Shown here in pieces: positions 27,881 to 35,294 of a stretch of DNA of 36,806 bases (position 1 is its first letter; every line of letters begins with the position of its first letter). The DNA lies in IMG/VR virus record IMGVR_UViG_3300045988_135475, positions 1 to 36,806 of that record. The stretch is one strand, 5' to 3'. The stretch is from a virus. The notes beneath the pieces were generated by a model. That model was given only the letters and a program-made list of their open reading frames with translations, did no database searches and was not told the origin of the DNA. Made by a program: the position numbers and the translations under genes.

Positions 27881-27929
27881 TAACTGACATAAAAATTTTT
27901 ACTGACATTTTACTGACATGACAGTAAAG
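27881..27929 (+). repeat. attP arm-type repeats: TAACTGACAT, TTTTTACTGACAT, TTTACTGACAT plus inverted GACAGTAAA
   Basis: Same 10-mer family as 27644-27685, on the other side of the core and adjacent to int. Confidence 0.7.
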
Positions 27930-27942
27930 GATAAAATTAAAA

Positions 27943-27970
27943 GTGGACCAGATGGTCCACCTTATTTTTT
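27943..27970. terminator. bidirectional terminator at the int 3' end
   Basis: GTGGACC agat GGTCCAC, then CTTATTTTTT on + and UUUUAAUUUU on -. Confidence 0.55.
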
Positions 27971-29059
27971 ATATATTAAATTTTCGATTCTATTACTTGC
28001 ATCTCTTTCCAGTTGCTCCATTACATGAGTATATAAATTCATTGTAATTCCTATTTCGCTATGACCAAGCCTTTTTGAAGTTGTTTTTGCATCAACTCCA
28101 GCTAGGAGCATAAGACTTGCATTAGTATGCCTTAAATCGTGAAATCTAACATCGGGAAGTTTTCTTCTTTTAATATAATTCCTGTAAGGGGTATGGAAAC
28201 TTGCAGAAGATGCTTGCGTTCCATTTTCATTTGTAAATACTAAATTAGTATCATATCCCATTTGCTTTTGTTTTTCTTTATGTTCTTTTAATAGCTGCAT
28301 TAATTCCGTCGGAGCAGTTAAAACTCTTTGTGAACTTTCGCTTTTTGGCTCTTTAAATACTGCAATTTTATTTTTTTCATCCCATACACTAACCTTATCT
28401 ATTGTTATTATGTTATTATCAAAATCTACTTTAGACCACTCAAGACCACATATTTCAGAAAGTCTTAGTCCTAATCCAATAGCAAGATTAACAGGAACTT
28501 CATATCTACTTCCTTTTACTCCATCAAATAACTGCTTTACCTGTACAGGATCAAGAAAGTTAGCAGTAAATTTTTTAGGTTTTGGAGCTTCTACAAGTTC
28601 CATTATATTTTTATTTATGTACTGTAATCTATAAGCATCTTTGAAAGCTTTACTAAGCAATCTGTGATACTGCAGTTTAGTTTTTTCAGATAATCTGCTT
28701 AAACTGTTATAAAATTTATTAATTAGTAATGGAGTTACCTTTTGTAATTCAGTATTGCCCATAAATTGAATTATTTCATTAATGATAAGTTCATAACGGT
28801 TATATGTAGTTATAGATAATTTATTATACCTATCAGAATGCCACTCCCTTAAAAAGCTTTCTACAGTTAATTTATTAGGTATTATTAAATCATTGTTTAG
28901 CAGTTTATTTTTTTCTTTTATTAATAATTTATTAGCTTCTCGTGATGAATTAAAACTTCCAAGATTTTTTTGCTTTCTTCTATTATCATTATCACGATAT
29001 TCAACCATTACATAATACTTTGAATTTCTTTGTCTAATAAATACACTTAATATATCCAA
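27962..29059 (-). CDS. int: tyrosine site-specific integrase
   Basis: C-terminal catalytic signature GLRLSE..HDLRHT..LGHSEIGITMNLYTHV (R, HxxR, Y); TTG start, AAGGAG RBS. Confidence 0.9.
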   Translation of the reverse strand: MDILSVFIRQRNSKYYVMVEYRDNDNRRKQKNLGSFNSSREANKLLIKEKNKLLNNDLIIPNKLTVESFLREWHSDRYNKLSITTYNRYELIINEIIQFMGNTELQKVTPLLINKFYNSLSRLSEKTKLQYHRLLSKAFKDAYRLQYINKNIMELVEAPKPKKFTANFLDPVQVKQLFDGVKGSRYEVPVNLAIGLGLRLSEICGLEWSKVDFDNNIITIDKVSVWDEKNKIAVFKEPKSESSQRVLTAPTELMQLLKEHKEKQKQMGYDTNLVFTNENGTQASSASFHTPYRNYIKRRKLPDVRFHDLRHTNASLMLLAGVDAKTTSKRLGHSEIGITMNLYTHVMEQLERDASNRIENLIYKK

Positions 29060-29072
29060 TTATATCAACTCC

Positions 29073-29189
29073 TTATTTTTGATTATTACCAGGAGTGTTG
29101 GATTTATACTGACATCCAAAAACTATTTTCCCATTCTCCTTTATTTTGATAATTCTTTCTAGTAATTCTTTTTCTTTTTTATTTAACAT
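29073..29189 (-). CDS. small ORF (38 aa) between cI and int, containing one TACTGACAT arm-site copy
   Basis: AAGGTGGGG RBS 8 nt upstream of the ATG; stop lies just upstream of the int RBS; could be non-coding. Confidence 0.25.
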   Translation of the reverse strand: MLNKKEKELLERIIKIKENGKIVFGCQYKSNTPGNNQK

Positions 29190-29292
29190 TTTGTCCCCAC
29201 CTTATAATCCCATTTAATAATATATTATACTGTTTTTTCCTAAAAATAAATATGAGCTTATATGCTCATAAGAACGTATGTTCTAAAGTGTT

Positions 29293-29324
29293 CTAAAAAA
29301 AATACTGATAGCTTGTATCAGCAG
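29293..29324 (-). terminator. rho-independent terminator downstream of cI (minus strand)
   Basis: CUGAUA caagc UAUCAG followed by UAUUUUUUUU on the minus strand. Confidence 0.5.
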
Positions 29325-29326
29325 TT

Positions 29327-29674
29327 TTATTTATCAAGTAATTTATCTATATCAAATCCAACATCTTCAAGCTTTTTTATTAAGCTTTGTAATGTTTCTT
29401 TGTTTACATTTCTTTTATCGCCTTTAATTTCAATTTCGTAGTCTTGTGGTAAATATATAATAGAATTGTTTGGTTCATCAACTCTCCCATATAAATAATC
29501 AGTTGTAACATTAAAAAAGTCAGCTATTTGTTTTACAATTTCTCCGTTTGGAACTCTGCCAGAACAATATTTAGAAACTGTAGGAGCAGTAGCATTAATT
29601 TTTTGTGCAAATTCAGTTTGACTCAAGTGATTTTCATTTAAAAGCTGAGTTAACCTATCACCAAATATCTTCAT
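29327..29674 (-). CDS. CI-like phage repressor (XRE-family HTH; no S24 peptidase domain)
   Basis: LSQTEFAQKINATAPTVSKYCSGRVPNGEIVKQIADFFNVTTDYL; divergent from the cro-like gene. Confidence 0.8.
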   Translation of the reverse strand: MKIFGDRLTQLLNENHLSQTEFAQKINATAPTVSKYCSGRVPNGEIVKQIADFFNVTTDYLYGRVDEPNNSIIYLPQDYEIEIKGDKRNVNKETLQSLIKKLEDVGFDIDKLLDK

Positions 29675-29760
29675 TTTATCACCCCTTTATTATATTTTAT
29701 ATAAAAAAGACATAAAAAGCACTTTAAATGCCAAAAAAGAATTTTTTTTTACAAAAAGCA

Positions 29761-29789
29761 TTGACAATGCCAAATTGGAATAGTATATT
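29761..29789 (+). promoter_or_regulatory. Rightward promoter (PR-like): TTGACA - 17 nt - TATATT driving the cro-like gene
   Basis: Consensus -35 at 29761-29766 and -10 at 29784-29789 with a 17-nt spacer. Confidence 0.55.
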
Positions 29790-29817
29790 ATATACATAAG
29801 CTATTCCAAATTGGAAT
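29767..29817. promoter_or_regulatory. Operators O1 (29767-29781, in the promoter spacer) and O2 (29803-29817, ATTCCA-AAT-TGGAAT)
   Basis: Inverted-repeat half-sites ATTCCA/TGGAAT with 3-nt spacer; O1 left half degenerate (TGCCA). Confidence 0.6.
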
Positions 29818-29831
29818 AAGGAGGTGAGAAC

Positions 29832-30056
29832 ATGTCAAATAACGTTGAGTTTTTTAGTAAAAGACTAGGCATTAGTAGAAAGGAAATAGCTGAAGCAATT
29901 GGAAAATCTACTAGAACAGTAGGGGAGAAGATTAATAATAATATCCCTTGGACACAAATGGAAATTATGCTTGTAACTAATTTACTTAAAACTAAAGACC
30001 AAAGTTTAAATGTAGAAACTATTTTTTTTAAAGAGCTTTATTCCAAAATGGAATAA
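29832..30056 (+). CDS. Cro-like HTH regulator
   Basis: LGISRKEIAEAIGKSTRTVGEKINN HTH; AAGGAGGTG RBS; divergent from cI. Confidence 0.6.
   Translation: MSNNVEFFSKRLGISRKEIAEAIGKSTRTVGEKINNNIPWTQMEIMLVTNLLKTKDQSLNVETIFFKELYSKME
30040..30054. promoter_or_regulatory. Third operator copy ATTCCA-AAA-TGGAAT at the 3' end of the cro-like gene
   Basis: Identical 19-mer to 25740-25758. Confidence 0.55.
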
Positions 30057-30090
30057 TACAATTATAGTTTAACCAATACAAAAGAATAAT

Positions 30091-30369
30091 ATGCCAACTT
30101 TTAAATGGGGGAGCAGGAGAAAGAAGGCAATACAAATGATAAAACTAGAATACTACAGAATAAAAAAAGGGTTTACTGTGTATGGGCTAAGTAAGGCAAC
30201 AGGAATATCTAGGAGGCAGTTAGCAAGGATAGAAGATGGCACAAGTATGCCAACTGCATTAAAAATAATAGAAATCTGTTTAGCTTTAGATATTACACCA
30301 AATGAACTCTTAGGATGGGAGGAAATTTACAATGAGAAGAAGCGAATTACCAGAAGTAATGACAATTAA
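30091..30369 (+). CDS. second XRE-family HTH regulator (likely start ATG 30136)
   Basis: GLSKATGISRRQLARIEDGTSMPTALKIIEICLAL; GGGGGAGCAGGAG RBS before 30136. Confidence 0.65.
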   Translation: MPTFKWGSRRKKAIQMIKLEYYRIKKGFTVYGLSKATGISRRQLARIEDGTSMPTALKIIEICLALDITPNELLGWEEIYNEKKRITRSNDN

Positions 30370-30511
30370 AGATGTACAGGAATTTCTTAAGATAAGCAAA
30401 AATACAGCTTATGACTTAATAAAAAGAGAAGAGTTTCCGGTTGTAAGGCTTGGGAGATTATTAAGAATTAATAGAGAAAAGTTTCTTGAATGGTTTGATA
30501 AGGCAAGTTAG
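30332..30511 (+). CDS. xis: excisionase-like DNA-binding protein (AlpA/MerR-type Xis fold), 59 aa
   Basis: MTIKDVQEFLKISKNTAYDLIKREEFPVVRLGRLLRINREKFLEWF matches the excisionase-family HTH; below track cutoff. Confidence 0.5.
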   Translation: MRRSELPEVMTIKDVQEFLKISKNTAYDLIKREEFPVVRLGRLLRINREKFLEWFDKAS

Positions 30512-30553
30512 GAGTAAATAAATTATATATAAACTTTGGGAATAAGATAAATA

Positions 30554-30690
30554 GGGCTATAAAGCCTTTTTAAATGGTCGAAAGTGCGAAAAATGATGTA
30601 GAAAAAAATAATAAAAAGTTAGTTAAGGCGATAAGCCTTTAAAAAATAGCAGAGTTGCGAAAAATGCTGTAATTAATGGTCAACTCTTAT
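30554..30690 (+). repeat. Imperfect tandem repeat (about 70-nt unit x2), each with a short GGCnATAAGCC hairpin + T run and a TGCGAAAAATG(A/C)TGTA box
   Basis: GGGCTATAAAGCCTTTTT...GTGCGAAAAATGATGTA vs GGCGATAAGCCTTTAAAAAA...TTGCGAAAAATGCTGTA. Confidence 0.6.
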
Positions 30691-30761
30691 CAAAAACCAC
30701 ACACCGATAAGAGTAAGGTGAGGAATTGGAAAGATTAAATAATTATAAAGGGGGATTTTAA

Positions 30762-30893
30762 ATGGAAACAATGAACTTTTGGGGAATGTGTACTTTTGTA
30801 CTTCCTATATTAATGGTTATAAGTATCGGATTTATAGTTATGATTAGTTCTTTACTTAAAGGAATATTTAAGTTTTTAGGAGGGTTAAGATGA
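30762..30893 (+). CDS. small hydrophobic membrane peptide (43 aa)
   Basis: AAGGGGG RBS 7 nt upstream; FVLPILMVISIGFIVMISSLL TM segment; ATGA stop/start overlap with the next ORF. Confidence 0.45.
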   Translation: METMNFWGMCTFVLPILMVISIGFIVMISSLLKGIFKFLGGLR

Positions 30894-31045
30894 CAATACA
30901 AAAAATGCTTGAAGAAGCGATTAAATTATTTGGGACAAGCGATGAAGTTACTATTTTATTAAGCCAAAAGAGAGATAAAGAAATAGTTGAACTTCAAAAG
31001 GTTAATTATGAAAACTATAAAAGGAGTGAGTATTGTGGAATGTAA
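30890..31045 (+). CDS. small hypothetical protein (51 aa), translationally coupled
   Basis: AGGAGGG RBS inside the upstream peptide gene; ATGA overlap. Confidence 0.35.
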   Translation: MTIQKMLEEAIKLFGTSDEVTILLSQKRDKEIVELQKVNYENYKRSEYCGM

Positions 31046-31391
31046 AAATTGCAGTTGGTTTAAGATTAATCCTTTTATATTTGATGATGGAACTCAAACA
31101 ATGGAGTGTATTAAATATAATAGTTTCTTAGGTTTTACTACCAGTACAGGTGAAATTACTAAACAAAGGAAAAATGATAATTGCATTTATAAAGAAGTGA
31201 TAGATAAGCCTATAAAGAAAAGGCAAATAGCACCTAAGAGCAATGTAAGGGGAATTACTTGGGATAAAAGGGACAAGATATGGAAAGTCACATTTTGGGA
31301 TAGAAAAGCAAGAAGGAAAATTTATTTAGGACAACATAAGGATTTGGACCAAGCAATAAAACTTTTAGAAGAGTGGTTAAAAATGAGGTAA
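30987..31391 (+). CDS. Zn-ribbon + AP2-domain DNA-binding protein (start uncertain: 30987, 31008 or GTG 31036)
   Basis: CKNCSW...C..YNSF Cys cluster; C-terminal RGITWDKRDKIWKVTFWDRKARRKIYLGQHKDLDQAIKLLEE fits the AP2 pattern G(V/I)xW-x-KW-x-A-Y-LG-F-EEA. Confidence 0.45.
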   Translation: MNFKRLIMKTIKGVSIVECKNCSWFKINPFIFDDGTQTMECIKYNSFLGFTTSTGEITKQRKNDNCIYKEVIDKPIKKRQIAPKSNVRGITWDKRDKIWKVTFWDRKARRKIYLGQHKDLDQAIKLLEEWLKMR

Positions 31392-31393
31392 CT

Positions 31394-31957
31394 ATGGATA
31401 AGGATAAGGAACAATTAGTTTTGGAGCATTTACAACTAGCTAATAAAATTGCTATTCAAATGTTTGCTAAATTAAAGAATAAATACACATTAGATGAATT
31501 GAAAAGTAGTGCATACTTAGGACTTATTACTGCGGCTGAAAAGTATGAAATTAATAATAATAAACCTTTTGAAAATTTCGCTAGAAAAAGAATTAAAGGG
31601 GCAATATTAGATGAAGTTAAAGATGATAAGAGATACAACATAAAAAGAGGTATTCCACATAAAGAGCCTATACAATCATTAAATTGTAATTGTAATGAAA
31701 CAGGTAAATCAATTGCATTTATAGATTTGTTACAGGATAAAGGAGATTTTTTCGAGGATTTACTTATTAATTATGAAATAGAAAAACTTTTATCATGTTT
31801 GGATCATAAAGAAAGAGAATTAATAGATATGTATTATTTTCAATGTTTAACTCATGAAGAGATTGCCCAAATATTAAAAGTGCATAGGACAACAGTAACT
31901 AAAGTATTAAAAAAGATAATAGAAAAGATAAAAGGTTGCCTAACCACCGGCAAGTAG
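31394..31957 (+). CDS. sigma-70 family RNA polymerase sigma factor (regions 2 and 4 only; phage-encoded alternative sigma)
   Basis: Region 2: AYLGLITAAEKYEINNNKPFENFARKRIKGAILDEV; region 4 HTH: ERELIDMYYFQCLTHEEIAQILKVHRTTVTKVLKK. Confidence 0.7.
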   Translation: MDKDKEQLVLEHLQLANKIAIQMFAKLKNKYTLDELKSSAYLGLITAAEKYEINNNKPFENFARKRIKGAILDEVKDDKRYNIKRGIPHKEPIQSLNCNCNETGKSIAFIDLLQDKGDFFEDLLINYEIEKLLSCLDHKERELIDMYYFQCLTHEEIAQILKVHRTTVTKVLKKIIEKIKGCLTTGK

Positions 31958-32020
31958 TACAAGCAACCTAGTGTAAATAAATTTACTTTTATATTGTACA
32001 GGATAAAGGAGGTTTTGTAA

Positions 32021-32242
32021 ATGACTAGAGAACAAGCTAAAAGAAAAATTGAAGCTAAAAAGCAGTTTATCAGCATTTTATCAGAAGAAATGCAAGAAGC
32101 TATTGAGAAATATAACTTTGATGAAGAGTATTGGATACAACAAAAGAGTAGGGCAAGACTTAAAGCTACTATGAAGATGATTAGAAGAGAAACTATAGCT
32201 TTAGAAAAGCTTATGTATAACTGGTATGAAATGGAGGTTTAA
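32021..32242 (+). CDS. hypothetical protein
   Basis: 73-aa ORF, AAGGAGG RBS. Confidence 0.4.
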   Translation: MTREQAKRKIEAKKQFISILSEEMQEAIEKYNFDEEYWIQQKSRARLKATMKMIRRETIALEKLMYNWYEMEV

Positions 32243-32244
32243 AG

Positions 32245-32655
32245 GTGAGTAGATTCAAATTTAGAGCCTGGAATAAAGAAGATAAAATAATGGTTTATGA
32301 CAATGAAGATAAATCAGCTATGTTTTGGGATGGAGTTTGTTGCTCTGATATTAAAATTGTAAATAAAAGATTAGAACAAAAAGATACTTATATATGGCAA
32401 CAATGTACAGGAATTAAAGATATAGACAAGCAGTTTATTTATGAAGGTGATATATGTGCAGTAACTTACTGCAACTTTGATGGAGAGCCATATGACAATG
32501 TTTTAATAAGGGAAGTTAAGTGGAAAAATTCCGGTTATAGATTATGTGAAAATTATTCCGGTACAGAGTTATCAAGTAGCTTAACTACCAAAGATATATT
32601 TTCAGTAAAGGTAATAGGAAACATATACGAGGGGGTTAAAGATGGACTTTCTTAA
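32245..32655 (+). CDS. YopX-family protein
   Basis: N-terminal MSRFKFRAWNKEDKIMVYDNED matches the YopX hallmark K-F-R-A-W-(D/N)-K. Confidence 0.55.
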   Translation: MSRFKFRAWNKEDKIMVYDNEDKSAMFWDGVCCSDIKIVNKRLEQKDTYIWQQCTGIKDIDKQFIYEGDICAVTYCNFDGEPYDNVLIREVKWKNSGYRLCENYSGTELSSSLTTKDIFSVKVIGNIYEGVKDGLS

Positions 32656-32784
32656 GATGTTAGCAAGTGCTAAATGTGGTAAATGGTTTAAACATAAAAT
32701 TCATTATGTTAATGGGTTTGGTTATAGATGCAAATATTGTGATGTAACTAAGCAACAAGCAAGATTAAATGGAGGGATAAAGAA

Positions 32785-33018
32785 ATGATTGATTTTAATA
32801 ATAGAATTTCTCATATTTCAGACCAACTTAACGGTTATAGCAGTGAAATAGCAGATGCAGTATGGGAGATAAGAGCACAAGGATATACAAGTGAAGAAGC
32901 GATAAAAATAGTTGGGTTAAGCATACAAAATATAAAGGCAGATGTAGAACATGAAAGAAACGGACTTTTAAAAGAATTTATAGAAGTAATAAATAAGAGT
33001 ATTGAAAGGAATGATTAA
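32785..33018 (+). CDS. hypothetical protein
   Basis: 77-aa ORF. Confidence 0.35.
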   Translation: MIDFNNRISHISDQLNGYSSEIADAVWEIRAQGYTSEEAIKIVGLSIQNIKADVEHERNGLLKEFIEVINKSIERND

Positions 33019-33537
33019 ATGAGTTTAAGTTTTAGAAAGCTAAAAGAAACTGAAATTGATGTAAGGGTAGCAACAGTTACTGCTAAAGGAGTTTCATTGC
33101 TCCTATACAAAGATGCTAGATGTGATATGAATATCTTAGATGAAACAGTAGGCCCTTTCAATTGGAAAAGAAGTCATACAAGAGATAATGCAAACTGCAT
33201 AGTATCAATATATGATTCAGAAAAGAAAGAATGGGTATCGAAAGAAGATACAGGGACAGAAAGTTTTACAGAAAAAGAAAAGGGACTTGCATCAGATAGC
33301 TTTAAGAGAGCTTGTTTCAATTGGGGAATTGGTAGAGAGTTATATACTGCTCCTTTCATATGGATATCAGCAGATAAGACAGAATGTGTACAAGGTGCTA
33401 ATGGAAAGTGGAAATGCAATGATAATTTTAAAGTGCTTAAGATTACCTATACAAAAGATGGTCAAATAGATGGATTAATAATTTCATCTAAGAAAAATAA
33501 ACAAGCCTTTGTTCAAATGCCGAAAGGAGATGCTTAA
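33019..33537 (+). CDS. Rad52/Sak-like single-strand annealing protein
   Basis: LLYKDARCDMNILDETVGPFNWKRSH fits the Rad52-family N-terminal signature (Y-x-DAR-x-V-x-x-RLDEV-GP-x-NWQ). Confidence 0.5.
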   Translation: MSLSFRKLKETEIDVRVATVTAKGVSLLLYKDARCDMNILDETVGPFNWKRSHTRDNANCIVSIYDSEKKEWVSKEDTGTESFTEKEKGLASDSFKRACFNWGIGRELYTAPFIWISADKTECVQGANGKWKCNDNFKVLKITYTKDGQIDGLIISSKKNKQAFVQMPKGDA

Positions 33538-33541
33538 ATTG

Positions 33542-33826
33542 ATGGATTTAGAATTTGATTTAAGAAATAGTAATGTTAATCAAGTTAAAGCAGTTTTAGC
33601 TGGTGACCATTATGAGGTAGTAATTAGAGGGATTAATGTACAGGCTATTTTGAAATTTGATTATGAAACTTTTGATAATCTAGCAGATGATTTTAGAAGT
33701 TTATGTAATGAAAAGACTTATCAAGAATTAGAAGAAGCTTATATATTAATGCAAGCTGAAAAAGAAGAGTTAGAAAATGAATTAGAGTGCTTAAGAGAAG
33801 CAAATGAAATATTAAGGAGAGGATAA
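33542..33826 (+). CDS. hypothetical coiled-coil protein (likely start 33542)
   Basis: AAAGGAG RBS before ATG 33542; heptad-rich acidic C-terminus. Confidence 0.35.
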   Translation: MDLEFDLRNSNVNQVKAVLAGDHYEVVIRGINVQAILKFDYETFDNLADDFRSLCNEKTYQELEEAYILMQAEKEELENELECLREANEILRRG

Positions 33827-33827
33827 C

Positions 33828-34406
33828 ATGAAAGTTAGATGTTATGATAACAGTTATTTGGAAGATTGTTTAACTGTTGGGAGAATATATGATGTTAAAG
33901 AAATAAAAGAAAATTACTATGTAATAAAAGATGATAAAGGTATTACAAATTTGTTTTGGCATGGAGATTTTGAAATAGTAAAGGAGAATGAAATGGAAAA
34001 GACATTTAGAGAAGTAATTGCAGATATTAAAGTGGGAGAAGTTTGGGAAAACATAGATAAATCTCATTGGAATTTAAAAGAGATTAACTGTTTTGACAAT
34101 GATGGAAGGAAAGGAATACGAATTGTTTTTAAAGAAGAAACTGACTACTATACGTTCATAGACAATGAGAATTTAAAATTTAAACTTAAAAGAAAACAAT
34201 ACACTTTTGAAGAAGCATTTAAGGCTTATGAAGAAGGCAAGGAAATAGAGAGTTGTGAAGTTTTAACAGGTTGTTACCCAAGTAAATACAAGAGAATAGC
34301 AAACGAAGATGCACAATGGAGAGAAGGATCTTATAGTTGGGATAAAAGAAAATATATAGGAATACCATTTTATGAAGTTAGAGGTAAATGGTATATCAAT
34401 AATTAG
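33828..34406 (+). CDS. hypothetical protein
   Basis: 192-aa ORF, no recognised motif. Confidence 0.4.
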   Translation: MKVRCYDNSYLEDCLTVGRIYDVKEIKENYYVIKDDKGITNLFWHGDFEIVKENEMEKTFREVIADIKVGEVWENIDKSHWNLKEINCFDNDGRKGIRIVFKEETDYYTFIDNENLKFKLKRKQYTFEEAFKAYEEGKEIESCEVLTGCYPSKYKRIANEDAQWREGSYSWDKRKYIGIPFYEVRGKWYINN

Positions 34407-34416
34407 GAGGTAGATT

Positions 34417-34830
34417 ATGAATAAAGTAATTATGATTGGAAGGTTAACAAAAGAAGTTGCCTTAAATACAACAGGAGTAAAGCCAGTAGGAAAGTTTACT
34501 ATAGCAGTAAACAGAGATTTTAAAAATAAAGATGGAAAGTATGATGCAGATTTTATTAACTGCGTAGCATTTGATAAGAGAGCAGAAGTTATTGCTAAAC
34601 ATTTTAGTAAAGGAAGTCAAATAGCACTTACAGGAAGTTGGAGAACAGGCTCTTTTGATGGGAAAGATGGAAATAAAGTTTATACAAATGAGTTATTTGT
34701 AGATAGTTTTGAATTTATAGGACAAGCTACAGGAAATACCAATACAGGAAGTAATGAGGTTGATAACTCAAATATAAGTAATGACACAAGCTTTGAAGAG
34801 CCAGTAGATGATGGTAGCTTACCATTTTAA
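34417..34830 (+). CDS. ssb: single-stranded DNA-binding protein
   Basis: OB-fold pattern MNKVIMIGRLTKE...FTIAVNR..DFINCVAF...; acidic C-terminal tail ending DDGSLPF. Confidence 0.85.
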   Translation: MNKVIMIGRLTKEVALNTTGVKPVGKFTIAVNRDFKNKDGKYDADFINCVAFDKRAEVIAKHFSKGSQIALTGSWRTGSFDGKDGNKVYTNELFVDSFEFIGQATGNTNTGSNEVDNSNISNDTSFEEPVDDGSLPF

Positions 34831-34868
34831 TTAGTGGGGACTTAAGTCCCCTTTAATAGGAGGATATT

Positions 34869-35294
34869 ATGAGTGATTTATTATTAGAGGTTTTACAAGA
34901 TGATAGCTTAAGCCTTGGAGCAAAGGGGTTATTTAGTTACCTTTATACAGTTAATAAGGATTGTGAAAAAGATTTAATAGATATCTTAGAGGATATAAAT
35001 ATACATCAAAATACTTTTGCAACACATGTGCATGATTTAGTTTGTTGCGGATATTTAAAAGCAAGATATATTTATACATTAAATAGGAAGCCAATGTTTG
35101 CATTTAGAGATACAGGATTTGAATTTAAGATTACGAGTGAGGGAATTTATTATAGATCTAATAGAAAGATGTATGAAGTCTATATAAAGACTAAGGATAA
35201 TCCAAGAAAATATTTAGGAAGTGCAAGTAGCTTTAAAAAAGCACAACATTTAAAAAGAAGATATAGATTGGAACATAAGGAGGAATTTATTTGA
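34869..35294 (+). CDS. hypothetical protein, possible winged-helix DNA-binding N-terminus
   Basis: SLGAKGLFSYLYT resembles wHTH replication-organiser N-termini; weak. Confidence 0.3.
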   Translation: MSDLLLEVLQDDSLSLGAKGLFSYLYTVNKDCEKDLIDILEDINIHQNTFATHVHDLVCCGYLKARYIYTLNRKPMFAFRDTGFEFKITSEGIYYRSNRKMYEVYIKTKDNPRKYLGSASSFKKAQHLKRRYRLEHKEEFI

